64,000 bases of DNA from Bdellovibrio sp. Lineage in GTDB: Bacteria; Bdellovibrionota; Bdellovibrionia; Bdellovibrionales; Bdellovibrionaceae. The notes under the pieces were generated by a model. The model saw nothing but the letters and a program-made list of their open reading frames with translations. It was not told the DNA's origin and did not search any database. This document shows positions 1-9,583 of the stretch, piece by piece (the stretch's first letter is position 1; every line of letters starts with the position of its first letter). Made by a program: the position numbers and the translations under genes. The stretch lies in contig JAKFBS010000002.1 in assembly GCA_036677065.1 (NCBI GenBank), positions 768,001 through 832,000 on the forward strand, written 5' to 3'.

Positions 1-290
1 GTGTCTTCGACAGTATCATGCAGTAATCCTGTCATAATCGTATCCACATCGAGTTTTAAATCGGCTAAAATGCCAGCGACATTCAGTGGATGAGAAATAT
101 AAGGTTCACCCGAACGACGAACTTGGCCTTCGTGAGCTTTTTCAGAAAACAAATAAGCTTTCTCAACAAGTTGTAGTGGTGCTGCAGGATGGTACGCTTT
201 GATTTTTGCTAATAGTTCTTCGACGGTTCTCACCGGCTTAGTGGGTAAACGATCATCAAGATGAGACATCAAAGACATGGGATCTGACAT
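1..290 (-). CDS. spoT: RelA/SpoT (p)ppGpp synthetase/hydrolase, N-terminal part (runs off the window)
   Basis: Manual translation from ATG at 290: MSDPMSLMSHLDD...AHEGQVRRSGEPYISHPLNVAGILADLKLDVDTIMTGLLHDTVED, which is the Rel/SpoT HD-domain signature; follows gmk-rpoZ. Confidence 0.95.
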   Translation of the reverse strand, partial: MSDPMSLMSHLDDRLPTKPVRTVEELLAKIKAYHPAAPLQLVEKAYLFSEKAHEGQVRRSGEPYISHPLNVAGILADLKLDVDTIMTGLLHDTVED

Positions 291-306
291 TCATTTATTT
301 TAAAGC

Positions 307-334
307 AAAAATCCCGCCTTGTGAGCGGGATTTT
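307..334 (-). terminator. Intrinsic terminator-like hairpin between rpoZ and rel/spoT
   Basis: Minus strand AAAATCCCGC-TCACAAG-GCGGGATTTTT; A/T tracts on both sides. Confidence 0.7.
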
Positions 335-395
335 AACGAATTTTAACAATTCAGACTTTAGACTGTTTATTTAGGGCGTTGTCTGCGACAACAGA

Positions 396-635
396 TTATT
401 TATTCAAATCGCGTAACATGTCTTCGCGAGCCGTGTCTGCATCGATTTTTGTATCGAAAATCACGTTACCGATAGCCACTTCACGAAGTGAGTTAACGAT
501 ATATTTGTTATTACGGGTTGCTACTGTGCACTCGCCGCCTTTTAACAATTGTTTCGCGCGTTTAGCCACTAATAGGACTAAAGCAAAACGATTTGGAACT
601 TTATCTAGGCAATCTTCTACGGTTACACGAGCCAT
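396..635 (-). CDS. rpoZ: RNA polymerase omega subunit
   Basis: [26 protein letters not shown] signature; gmk-rpoZ-spoT synteny. Confidence 0.97.
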   Translation of the reverse strand: MARVTVEDCLDKVPNRFALVLLVAKRAKQLLKGGECTVATRNNKYIVNSLREVAIGNVIFDTKIDADTAREDMLRDLNK

Positions 636-669
636 GGGACCTCCGGTTTACAAGCTATAAGTTTTAACC

Positions 670-1245
670 TTAAGCGAGCCAGGTATCAACGATTTTCTTA
701 AATTCGGCAAAAGAGCGTTCAAAATCGTCATTAACGATTCTGACGTCAAATTCGTGGGCTTTAGCCATCTCTTTTTCAGCATTTTGCATGCGAACTTCTA
801 GGTCAGGTGGAGGATTCCCATCGCGCTTAATGACGCGACGGCGTAATTCATCTAAAGATGGAGGCAAAATAAACACGGTTTTAGCATCTGGGTACTTGCT
901 CTTAAAGGTCGCAACCCCTTGGATATCGATATCCATAATCACTACTTTACCCTGAGCCCAGGCTTTTTGAAGCTGTTCGTATGATGTGCCGTAGTGATTC
1001 GTGTGAACCTTCGCCCACTCGATAAAGAAATTTTCATTCTTTTTTTGTTCGAAATCTTCAGGTGTAATAAAGAAATACGGCTTACCTTGGGATTCACCAG
1101 TGCGCATCGTGCGAGTGGTGTATGTAACCAGGTCGTGCAACCGATGATCTTCGGCAGCTAATTTTTCCACGAAACTACTTTTGCCTGCACCACTCGGGGC
1201 AGCCACAATAATCATTCGTGTTGCATTAGCTTTTTCTTTACTCAA
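670..1245 (-). CDS. gmk: Guanylate kinase
   Basis: P-loop APSGAGKSS, TTR..R.GE..G..YFF, DIDIQG, VFILPPS. Confidence 0.97.
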   Translation of the reverse strand: MSKEKANATRMIIVAAPSGAGKSSFVEKLAAEDHRLHDLVTYTTRTMRTGESQGKPYFFITPEDFEQKKNENFFIEWAKVHTNHYGTSYEQLQKAWAQGKVVIMDIDIQGVATFKSKYPDAKTVFILPPSLDELRRRVIKRDGNPPPDLEVRMQNAEKEMAKAHEFDVRIVNDDFERSFAEFKKIVDTWLA

Positions 1246-2128
1246 TGTTTTGCACCTGTTCTCGGATTCGTTCGATAAGTGTTTTAGCTTCTACAACAGA
1301 TTCAGTGATTCCGGCAACCTGACTTTTTGATCCAATCGTATTAACTTCACGCAATAATTCTTGTGTATAAAAATCAAGCTTTTTGCCTTCGACCACAGAA
1401 TTTTCAATTAACTTTTCGAAATTTTTTAAATGCTCTGTTAAACGAATAAGCTCTTCGTTGATATCAGCTTTCTCGAGCTGAATGACAATTTCCTGAGAAA
1501 TGCGTAAAGGATCAACCGACTGCCCGGCCAATTCTTTTGGCAGACGAGATTTGATTTTCGCTTCGAATTTCTCCTGCAAAAATTTATTAGCGTCATCACG
1601 TAGTTTAGAAATTTTTAAAACGTGCTTTTGCAGATCTTTTAAATTTTTTGAAAGATCTTTTTTAAGCGCTAAGCCTTCACGAATTTTTTCTTGTTCAAAT
1701 TTCTTTAAGGCCACTTCAAATGCTTTTTTAAGTAACGCCATTTCTTGTGGATTAAGACTATCGGTTTCTTCCATCACGATCACATCGTTTTGGCGCGAAA
1801 TTAAATCAAAACGAATGGCATCGTTTAATTTTAAATCTTTAGCTAATTTTTTAAATGATTTTAAATACTCTTGTGCAAGTTTTGTATTAATAACAACTTT
1901 GCCCGTGGCGTGGTTAGCTTTTAGCTTACGCGAAATATAAATATCAACGGTGCCACGCAAAGCGTAGACAGCTAATCTTTTCTTTAAATCAGATTCAAAA
2001 ATAAAATAAGGCTTCGGTAAATGGAAGCGTGTCTCTAGAAATCGACCGTTAACGGCGCGAATACTAATTTCAAGCGACACTTCATTAGTTTGAGCTCGGC
2101 AAAGTCCGTAGCCAGTCATGCTTTTCAT
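1238..2128 (-). CDS. yicC: YicC/YloC family endoribonuclease
   Basis: MKSMTGYG start, DINEELIRL, GKKLDFYTQELLREVNTIGSK, REQVQNIE end. Confidence 0.93.
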   Translation of the reverse strand: MKSMTGYGLCRAQTNEVSLEISIRAVNGRFLETRFHLPKPYFIFESDLKKRLAVYALRGTVDIYISRKLKANHATGKVVINTKLAQEYLKSFKKLAKDLKLNDAIRFDLISRQNDVIVMEETDSLNPQEMALLKKAFEVALKKFEQEKIREGLALKKDLSKNLKDLQKHVLKISKLRDDANKFLQEKFEAKIKSRLPKELAGQSVDPLRISQEIVIQLEKADINEELIRLTEHLKNFEKLIENSVVEGKKLDFYTQELLREVNTIGSKSQVAGITESVVEAKTLIERIREQVQNIE

Positions 2129-2168
2129 TCTATTATTATCATTCCTTGCATACTAATGCGTCAAAAGT

Positions 2169-3098
2169 TCAATCGAGAAAGTCCTGAACTGCGCGTTCAA
2201 TAACTTCATATTTAGGCGAAAACACATCCGACCAAAGTATTGTTTCGTCTCGCTTGAACCAAGTTTTCTGTTTTTTCACAAGTTTCATCGTGGCCTGAGT
2301 GATCGCTGCGGGTAATTCTTCACGCGAAATCTTTCCTTGTAAATAAGCTTTAGTTTCTAAATAACCCACACTTGCCAGCGGCGCCCAAGATTCAAAACCT
2401 TGGTTTAAAAAGCTTTTGGTTTCTTCGATGATGCCTTCATCCAGCATTTTTACAGTTCGCTGATGAATGCGGTTCATGAATTTTTCTTTATTTTCAGTCT
2501 CAAACGTTAGACCGATTTTCATCGACGGGTACGGTAATTTATTTTTATTATCTGCCCCTGCATTTTTAAATTCAGACATTTTTAAATTAAAAGCGCGCTT
2601 TACTTCCAGGGCACGACCCACGCGGTAATGGTCATTTGGATGCAATTCAGTGTCTGGATCAAAATTTTTTAGTTCGACAAACATTTTTTCTGATCCGAAA
2701 GTTTCAAAATCAGTTAATACTTCTTTTTTTATTTCTTCACTGACTTCAGGCAAATCATACATGCCTTTTTCTAAAGCCTGAATATAAAACCCCGTGCCAC
2801 CGACAACAAAGATCGGCGAATTCACTTTGCCTGATTCGATCAATTCATAAAAATCACGGATATATTGCCCTGCTGTCATTTCAGCGGGAGCTTTGACGTA
2901 AGAAAACAAATAATGCGGGGCTTGTTTTTTTTCGTCATCAGTAGGAGCCGCTGAACCGATATTTAAGCCCTCGTAAAACTGCACACTATCAATATTTATA
3001 ATGCTGCCATTAAATTTTTTAGCTAATTGCAAGGCTAACTGACTTTTTCCAGAGGCTGTTGGGCCGACGACAAAAATAACTTTGGTTTGCTCACTCAC
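2169..3098 (-). CDS. miaA: tRNA dimethylallyltransferase
   Basis: GPTASGKS, DSVQFY, VGGTGFY, KKQKTWF; follows mutL. Confidence 0.96.
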   Translation of the reverse strand: MSEQTKVIFVVGPTASGKSQLALQLAKKFNGSIINIDSVQFYEGLNIGSAAPTDDEKKQAPHYLFSYVKAPAEMTAGQYIRDFYELIESGKVNSPIFVVGGTGFYIQALEKGMYDLPEVSEEIKKEVLTDFETFGSEKMFVELKNFDPDTELHPNDHYRVGRALEVKRAFNLKMSEFKNAGADNKNKLPYPSMKIGLTFETENKEKFMNRIHQRTVKMLDEGIIEETKSFLNQGFESWAPLASVGYLETKAYLQGKISREELPAAITQATMKLVKKQKTWFKRDETILWSDVFSPKYEVIERAVQDFLD

Positions 3099-4897
3099 AG
3101 CGTTCGACCAAACTGTTTTTCAATATCGTTGAATGTAAATTCAACTGACACCGGTCGACCGTGTGGGCAAAAAGACGACAGCGGAAATTCATCCATGCTT
3201 TTTAGCAACTCAACCATCTCGGCTTGGCTTAAGCTTTGGCCGGCACGAACGACTGAATGACAAGCCATCGTTGCAAATAAATCTGCGATCGATTTTTCTA
3301 ATGAATAACTGCCGCCGTAATCAACAAGATCGGTGGCCATTTTATCAAATATTTTTGGTAAAGCCGCTTCTTTAACAAATAACGGAGCTGATTTTACGCC
3401 GATAACATTGGGGCCTAAAGATTCGATCTCGATTCCCATTTTAGAGATGTCTTGCGCTTTTACTAATAAGGCTTCAACTTTTTCTGGCGACATATCAATC
3501 GCTAATGGAAATAGAAAATCCTGTTGATCAATGTGGCCGCCTTTCCATTTGCGCATTAACTTTTCAAAAGCCACGCGTTCATGAGCCGCATGTTGATCAA
3601 CTAAAATCATGCGATCATTTTTTTGACAAACTAAGTAAGTTAAATTGAGTTGTCCTAAGACTTGTAAGCCTGACCAGAATCCATTCGTGGTATTGGTTGC
3701 AATAACCGGAGAAGAATCCATTTTTAGCTGCGATAACTGCTCAAGCATATTCAGTTTAGTTTTAAACTGCGTATTACCTAATGATGAACCCAGATCAGTA
3801 AAACGTGTTTGATCCTGAACTTGCATCTGCGGATTCATTTCGCGCACGAAATTATAATTCGCTGGTTCGCTCGTTGTAGCAGGCTGCGCACCACTTACTT
3901 TAGGAACCCATGGTGCCAGTTCTAAACCTTGTCTGACAGCGCCGTGCACGGCCCGAAATGCCTCTGAGGCTTCTTGAAACTTAACTTGTGATTTTGTCGG
4001 ATGAATATTGACGTCGATTAAATCTGGCGCACATTCTAAATCAATCACCACTTGCGGGTATTCACCATGCATTAATAAACTTCGGTAAGCTTCAGTGATA
4101 GCGGCTTGTAAACCGCGATCTTGGATCCAGCGTTTTTGCGCAAAAATCCAAATATTTTTTGAAGTTTTTTGTGTATCATGCGGCGAAGAAAAATAAGCTT
4201 TTACCACATATGACTTGTAACGGTTTTCTTGCACGAAAATGCGGTCTAACCCTAAAACTTGCGAGGCCCGCACTGAAATATCATTAGCATCAGGCTGAGC
4301 TTTAAAAAATAAATCAAGCTTACCATTTTCAATAAGCTTAAATTCAACATGTGGATAGGCTAATGATAATGCTCTGATCACGTTTCTGATTTGTGCTAGT
4401 TCTGCTGAATCTGATTTTAAAAACTTTAAGCGCGCCGGAACATTTTCAAAAAGGGCATCTACAGTTAACTGCGTGCCTTGATCGATCGATGACGGCATTA
4501 CATCACTGATTAAGCCAAAATCAGATTTAATTTGAAAAGCTGATTTTGCTTTTTTTGTTTTACTCATCAGTGTCAGTTTTGAAACTGCGGCCACGCTGGC
4601 TAAAGCTTCGCCACGAAATCCGTAAGTTGATAAATTCCAGAGATCATTGGTTTGGGTGATTTTACTGGTCGCATGCCGCTGCAGCGCTAAGGGTAAATCT
4701 TCTTTTGTGATACCGTCACCGTTATCAGTGATTTTAATAAACTTACCGCCAAAATTAACATCGATCTGAATTTGTGTAGAGTTGGCATCAAGACTGTTCT
4801 CGAGCAATTCTTTGACTAAATGTGAAGGGCGTTCGACGACTTCGCCAGCGGCGATCTGATTGACTACATCAGGAGATAAAACTTGAATCAATGACAT
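3095..4897 (-). CDS. mutL: DNA mismatch repair protein MutL (endonuclease type)
   Basis: NQIAAGEVVERP, GFRGEAL; C-terminal DQHAAHERVAFE, ACH and CPHGRP metal-binding motifs. Confidence 0.98.
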   Translation of the reverse strand: MSLIQVLSPDVVNQIAAGEVVERPSHLVKELLENSLDANSTQIQIDVNFGGKFIKITDNGDGITKEDLPLALQRHATSKITQTNDLWNLSTYGFRGEALASVAAVSKLTLMSKTKKAKSAFQIKSDFGLISDVMPSSIDQGTQLTVDALFENVPARLKFLKSDSAELAQIRNVIRALSLAYPHVEFKLIENGKLDLFFKAQPDANDISVRASQVLGLDRIFVQENRYKSYVVKAYFSSPHDTQKTSKNIWIFAQKRWIQDRGLQAAITEAYRSLLMHGEYPQVVIDLECAPDLIDVNIHPTKSQVKFQEASEAFRAVHGAVRQGLELAPWVPKVSGAQPATTSEPANYNFVREMNPQMQVQDQTRFTDLGSSLGNTQFKTKLNMLEQLSQLKMDSSPVIATNTTNGFWSGLQVLGQLNLTYLVCQKNDRMILVDQHAAHERVAFEKLMRKWKGGHIDQQDFLFPLAIDMSPEKVEALLVKAQDISKMGIEIESLGPNVIGVKSAPLFVKEAALPKIFDKMATDLVDYGGSYSLEKSIADLFATMACHSVVRAGQSLSQAEMVELLKSMDEFPLSSFCPHGRPVSVEFTFNDIEKQFGRTL

Positions 4898-4914
4898 AGG
4901 CTTTTATAAAAAAC

Positions 4915-5778
4915 TTAGAATAAAAAGCCAACTCCAAAACCGCCGTAACCCTCTTTATCCCAAAAGTAACGTAAACCTAAATCAATGGTCAGATAGCGGC
5001 TATGGAGCATTATTCCGGCCTGAACATCTAAGCCTGCCGTCAGATCTTGAAGATTGTACTTACTTTGAGGGCGCAATGGTGCATCTTGGATGGCAAAATA
5101 CGAATAGCGTAAAAAAGGCCCTGCACCATAACGCAAAGAAGTGTTTGAATTTAAGGCAGAAACATTTGAAATTCCTGCGGCGCCCCAAAAAACTGCGCCT
5201 GAAGTTTTAGCTCCGGTCTTATCGGCATAATAATCTGGAGGCTTTGTAGCCACCATCAAATCATAGGTAAGACCCGATTGGTAATTACCCTGCATCGGTT
5301 GATAACGAAAACCATAAGCCGCAAGATCTGCAACTTGAATTCCACCCATAGTGTCTTCACGAAAGTTAATAATTGAAAATGTCACACCTTTATAATTGAT
5401 ATTTGGATTTTCAGTGTCGTCTTCAGCGTCTTCGTCTTCCATTTCACGTTTGGCGCGCTTGGCATTTTTATCAATATCATCGCCTTTAAAGCTTTGTTCT
5501 TTAACAGTGCCAATACCTTCGATGTTTAAATCTGTATCTGGAATATACCCGATCGTTCCATCTTTAAATTTAACTTTGTAAAAAGGGCCGTAGGTTTTTT
5601 TTGAAACTAAAAACGATTGATCAGGATCCACTGAGCCAATGACCGCAGCATCAAAATCCGGGGTGCCATAAACATCCGTGTCTGCATTTAAAACGCGAGC
5701 TTTGTTTTGCGCTGAAGCAAATGAACTGCATAAACAAAAAATGATGATTAAAAAAATCTGCGAAGCTAGTCTCATCAC
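4915..5778 (-). CDS. Secreted protein: N-terminal SH3b-like domain plus probable C-terminal outer-membrane beta-barrel
   Basis: Signal peptide; FYKVKFKDGTIGYI SH3-like motif; acidic linker; alternating beta-strands ending in F. Confidence 0.6.
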   Translation of the reverse strand: MMRLASQIFLIIIFCLCSSFASAQNKARVLNADTDVYGTPDFDAAVIGSVDPDQSFLVSKKTYGPFYKVKFKDGTIGYIPDTDLNIEGIGTVKEQSFKGDDIDKNAKRAKREMEDEDAEDDTENPNINYKGVTFSIINFREDTMGGIQVADLAAYGFRYQPMQGNYQSGLTYDLMVATKPPDYYADKTGAKTSGAVFWGAAGISNVSALNSNTSLRYGAGPFLRYSYFAIQDAPLRPQSKYNLQDLTAGLDVQAGIMLHSRYLTIDLGLRYFWDKEGYGGFGVGFLF

Positions 5779-5800
5779 CCGTCATTATTAAATCAACGGA

Positions 5801-6211
5801 TTAACCACGCAAGGATAAATTTTCGCCGCCATAACTTGGCGCACGGCGAGTTGGTAAATTCAAAGCTGGTTTTAGTAAAAATGCTGGGTCTTCAGAACGT
5901 GTTTTCATGAATGCTTTAATTTTAACTGCCGCAAGCTCGGGGTTTTTCATATAAAGCATTGGATCAAATCCACAATGCTGGCACAGTAAGGATTGGCGCC
6001 AGCGAAGCTTGGTGCAACTTTCGCCCACCATTAACAGCGTTCCTAAAATCACCAGACCGCGCACATCTGGCTGATGCCAGATCACAAATGTCATAACGTA
6101 ACTTAATAGCACCATACCAATAATACCCAGCATACTCAGATGCTTACTGGTGTAAACTTTACGAGTATTTTTGCAAAAGGCGCAGTAGCAAGATTTACGA
6201 TTTTGGATCAT
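5801..6211 (-). CDS. Membrane protein with Cys pairs (CYCAFC / CQHC) flanking two TM helices
   Basis: ORF track; start moved to ATG 6211, which has an AAGGA SD upstream. Confidence 0.65.
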   Translation of the reverse strand: MIQNRKSCYCAFCKNTRKVYTSKHLSMLGIIGMVLLSYVMTFVIWHQPDVRGLVILGTLLMVGESCTKLRWRQSLLCQHCGFDPMLYMKNPELAAVKIKAFMKTRSEDPAFLLKPALNLPTRRAPSYGGENLSLRG

Positions 6212-6300
6212 TTGTATTTCCTTGTATTTCCAGTTTGCCAAAGAATAGGTTTATTTTCTATTCTGAGACTCATAATAGTAAAGGATTAGCCTTAAGCCCG

Positions 6301-6789
6301 ATGAAGATAGAACTCAAACCAAACTGTTTACTGACTAAACGCCCTCTGAAACTGGTCTCTGGTCCTAAGAGCATCTTTTTCTACCGTACGCCCTGGGGGT
6401 TACTGCCCGAGGTTCTCTATGAACATGGCTACCGTGCTTCGGTGATGCAGCTGCCTTTTAACGACAAAGAATTGCGCCAAAAAGCTTTTACTCACCGTCT
6501 TGCTGAACTTAATGATTGTCACATTGTGATCGATGAAAAGACCTACCAAGAATTTTCAAGCCTTTTGCAAAACGTGAAAAATTCGACAATCACCATCACT
6601 GGCGAAAACTACAAACCCACATACAAAACGACATCACTCACTTACAATTTACACCGGGCTTGGCTTAAGTTTTTAGGGTTTGAAGCGACCTCTCCACAAA
6701 ATTTGTTTCTGAATGCTGATAAAAACACCTGGTATGCCTTTATAGATCACTGCGTGAAGTTAGCAGAACTTGATTTCCTTTCGGAATAA
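6301..6789 (+). CDS. Hypothetical protein
   Basis: ORF 6235..6789; ATG at 6301 (MKIELKPN) is the more plausible start; co-oriented with the next two genes. Confidence 0.55.
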   Translation: MKIELKPNCLLTKRPLKLVSGPKSIFFYRTPWGLLPEVLYEHGYRASVMQLPFNDKELRQKAFTHRLAELNDCHIVIDEKTYQEFSSLLQNVKNSTITITGENYKPTYKTTSLTYNLHRAWLKFLGFEATSPQNLFLNADKNTWYAFIDHCVKLAELDFLSE

Positions 6790-6803
6790 GAGATAATTTC
6801 TTA

Positions 6804-7346
6804 ATGAGAGAAGTTAATCCGCAAATGGAACCCCAAAAAGCGAATGTTCGCGAAATTCTGAATTACTTAAAAGAATTCGTGAAAAATCCGGTTTTAAAAA
6901 TTACTGAAATCCCTTCTTGGGATTGGATGTCTTTAATCATCGTGCAAATCACGTTTGCAGTCGTTTCTGGTGTTTTAGCCGGAGCAATCAAACTTAATTT
7001 ACTTCGCGCGCTGTCAGGCATTTTTTTAATGCCGATTGTGTCTACGATTTCGAGTATGCTTTTAACCACATTTTTCTATTATTATTTTCAATTTTTTGAA
7101 AACCGCACCGAAAGCTATCGTCGCATTTTTGCTTTTGTCACTTTAGCTTCAATTCCCTTTTATATTTTTCAAATTGCCTCTGAGTATTTTCCGCCGGTTA
7201 CTTTAGTGGGTTTTGGCTTTACCAGCTTACTTTGTGTTGTCGGACTATCAGAAAACTTTAGGGTCGATCGTAAACGCGCTTACCAAATCGCAGTTTTTTT
7301 GTACCTTTTAGTGCTAGCTACGTGGTTATTAAATAAATATATATGA
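6804..7346 (+). CDS. Yip1-like multi-pass membrane protein
   Basis: About 5 hydrophobic helices and an N-terminal ..FVKNP.. motif typical of Yip1 domains. Confidence 0.6.
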   Translation: MREVNPQMEPQKANVREILNYLKEFVKNPVLKITEIPSWDWMSLIIVQITFAVVSGVLAGAIKLNLLRALSGIFLMPIVSTISSMLLTTFFYYYFQFFENRTESYRRIFAFVTLASIPFYIFQIASEYFPPVTLVGFGFTSLLCVVGLSENFRVDRKRAYQIAVFLYLLVLATWLLNKYI

Positions 7347-7681
7347 GCCGTATTAAAACCTACTCAGAATTTTGGTTTTTTTACTTACAAGAGCATTCGA
7401 ATGCTACGAACCGCACCTTACATTTTATCGGAACAACATTAGTTTTGCTTTTAGCAAGCCTTGCACTGGCTACTGGAAATTATAATATTTTTTGGCTGTG
7501 CCCGCTTGCGGGATACGCTTTTGCCTGGGTTGGGCATTTTAAAATCGAGCATAACAGGCCTGCGACTTTTAAATACCCGTTTTGGAGTTTGCTTTCAGAT
7601 TTTAAAATGTATTTCTACTTCTTAACCCGAAAACTCAATTCAGAAATCGAAAAATCTAAAGACTATAAATTTAACAGCTAA
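7343..7681 (+). CDS. DUF962/Mpo1-like membrane protein
   Basis: FWFFYLQEHSN..NR.LHFIG, GY.FAWVGHF..EHNRPATFKYP.WSL.SDF signature. Confidence 0.88.
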   Translation: MSRIKTYSEFWFFYLQEHSNATNRTLHFIGTTLVLLLASLALATGNYNIFWLCPLAGYAFAWVGHFKIEHNRPATFKYPFWSLLSDFKMYFYFLTRKLNSEIEKSKDYKFNS

Positions 7682-7687
7682 ATTTAA

Positions 7688-8479
7688 CTAAGGTTTCTTT
7701 TCAAAAAATGCATCGACAGCCATTTCATGATCTTTAGTTCTTTGCGTGATACCTTGAAACGCTGCCAATAAATCTAAATTCACCTGCAAATCATTACGAT
7801 AAGCAGCTTTTAAAGATTTTTTAGCCATTTGCACAGCTACTGCCGGAAGGTTCGCAATCTTAGTGGCAAGGACTGTAACTTCTTTTTCTAAATCAGCCGT
7901 TTCAACAAAGTAATTCATCAGGCCAAAATCAAAAGCTTTTTTACCCGAGATAATTTCAGCGGTCATTGTCATTTGCATGGCTTTAGAGAACCCCACAACT
8001 CGAGTTAAAAAATAAGTTCCGCCGTCTCCTGGAACTAACCCAAGCTTTGCGAAAGTTTCGCCAAAACGCGATTCTTCACAACCTACACGTAAATCACACA
8101 TCATCGCTAAATCGTTGCCTGCACCTATCGCGGCACCATTCACCATGGCAATAATAGGCTTAGAAAGATCTTCCATACATTTTGGAATTTTTTGAATGCC
8201 ATGCATATAGCGCATACGCAATTCGTTTGAATCCCCTTGAAACATGCCCGATTTATCTTTCATCGCTTGCACATCGCCGCCGGCTGAAAATGCTCTGCCT
8301 GCACCGCGAATCACGATAACTTTCACATCAGGGTTCATATCTGCCTTAAAAAGTGTTGCCACCAATGAATCAATCATTTCATAGCTAATGGCGTTCAGTT
8401 TTTCAGGGTTATTCAAGGTAATCCAAAGCTGATTTTGATTTTTCATTTCAGACATTAAGTGCGGCAGATTTTGTGTCAT
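7688..8479 (-). CDS. Enoyl-CoA hydratase/isomerase family protein
   Basis: LNNPEKLNA, AFSAGGD, KPIIAMVNGAAIGAG, GLVPGDGG. Confidence 0.93.
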   Translation of the reverse strand: MTQNLPHLMSEMKNQNQLWITLNNPEKLNAISYEMIDSLVATLFKADMNPDVKVIVIRGAGRAFSAGGDVQAMKDKSGMFQGDSNELRMRYMHGIQKIPKCMEDLSKPIIAMVNGAAIGAGNDLAMMCDLRVGCEESRFGETFAKLGLVPGDGGTYFLTRVVGFSKAMQMTMTAEIISGKKAFDFGLMNYFVETADLEKEVTVLATKIANLPAVAVQMAKKSLKAAYRNDLQVNLDLLAAFQGITQRTKDHEMAVDAFFEKKP

Positions 8480-8497
8480 TGAAAGTTTCCTCTTTTA

Positions 8498-9583
8498 CTA
8501 TATTAACGAGAAAGATAGGTAAAATACACCTTCTGATTTTGGCATATTGGTTTCATTTTTCACTTTATCATAGGCTTCTGTGTATCTTTGGTCGTTATTA
8601 GCTAATGATTTTGCGAATTCTAAATTATTTAATGCCTGAATGCGATCACCTTTGCTCCAAGACGCCCAGGCTAAATAATAATAGCGTAGGGCTTGTAATT
8701 TTGGGTCTTCTTTTACGTTTGGAAAAGCATTTAGCAGTTTTGCCTCGCCATTTTCTGAATGAATTAAACCGTACATATACATTTCGCGCATTTCGATATC
8801 ACGTGGATTTAATTTATAAGCCTGTTTTAACTTCGGAAATAGCTTTCCGCCTTCAGCATAAACTATGGGTTTCTGACCAAAGCCCAAGGCTTTTACATAA
8901 ATTTTCAGCGCATCAAAATCATTCGGGTATGAAGCTATTAAGGTTTGCACCATCGACACCATCAGAGGTGGATTTTTAACTTGTTTTAAAAGTTGAGCCT
9001 GAATTTTTCGTTGCAGAACACTTTGAGTTAAACTTTTAACGTCGATATCATCTGAATACAGAAAATCAGTGACGTAAGCTTGATAGACTTTTAAAAAAGC
9101 CTTACACATAACACTTTCAATAACTTCATTGACTTGCGCGGTATTTTTTTTATTTCCGATCAGACATTTATCGACTACGCTCAGATCGCCTGACTCTGGA
9201 AAAGTAAAACATTTGATATCGTATTTACCCGGATCATTTTTACGGGCTTCAATGAGTTCAGCATGACTGTTCTTTTTTAAAAGATCATCATGCTGAATTT
9301 TACAGTAAGAACTCTTTAAAAATGTTTCTTCAGCACTTAAAGTTTTAGAAACCACTTCAGGCAGCGGAGGAGGAGGCGCAGTTTGCGCTACTTCACTTAA
9401 TGGGGGCGGCGGAGGTATCGCCTGACTTTGAGCCGCGACAAAATCAGCCTTCGGAACAAATTCTTCTTTAGCAACGATCACGCCTGAAAAATTATTTGTA
9501 TAACTATACCAAACAATCACGACAACGACGACCGCTATGGCAAAAAATAAATTCGCGGCAAGGCCCTTCACAATGAATCCCAT
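8498..9583 (-). CDS. Membrane-anchored helical/TPR-like protein (paralog A)
   Basis: N-terminal TM helix, Pro-rich linker, Cys-bearing domain, TPR-like C-terminus (YYYLAWASWSKGDRIQALNNLEFA). Confidence 0.7.
   Translation of the reverse strand: MGFIVKGLAANLFFAIAVVVVVIVWYSYTNNFSGVIVAKEEFVPKADFVAAQSQAIPPPPPLSEVAQTAPPPPLPEVVSKTLSAEETFLKSSYCKIQHDDLLKKNSHAELIEARKNDPGKYDIKCFTFPESGDLSVVDKCLIGNKKNTAQVNEVIESVMCKAFLKVYQAYVTDFLYSDDIDVKSLTQSVLQRKIQAQLLKQVKNPPLMVSMVQTLIASYPNDFDALKIYVKALGFGQKPIVYAEGGKLFPKLKQAYKLNPRDIEMREMYMYGLIHSENGEAKLLNAFPNVKEDPKLQALRYYYLAWASWSKGDRIQALNNLEFAKSLANNDQRYTEAYDKVKNETNMPKSEGVFYLSFSLI

Noticed and set aside
379..660. Plus-strand 93-aa ORF, and the many other short ORFs antisense or out of frame to long genes (e.g. 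1500..1940, 17004..17327, 39973..40485, 54302..54604)
   Set aside because: Shadows of well-supported genes; no motifs or translation signals of their own
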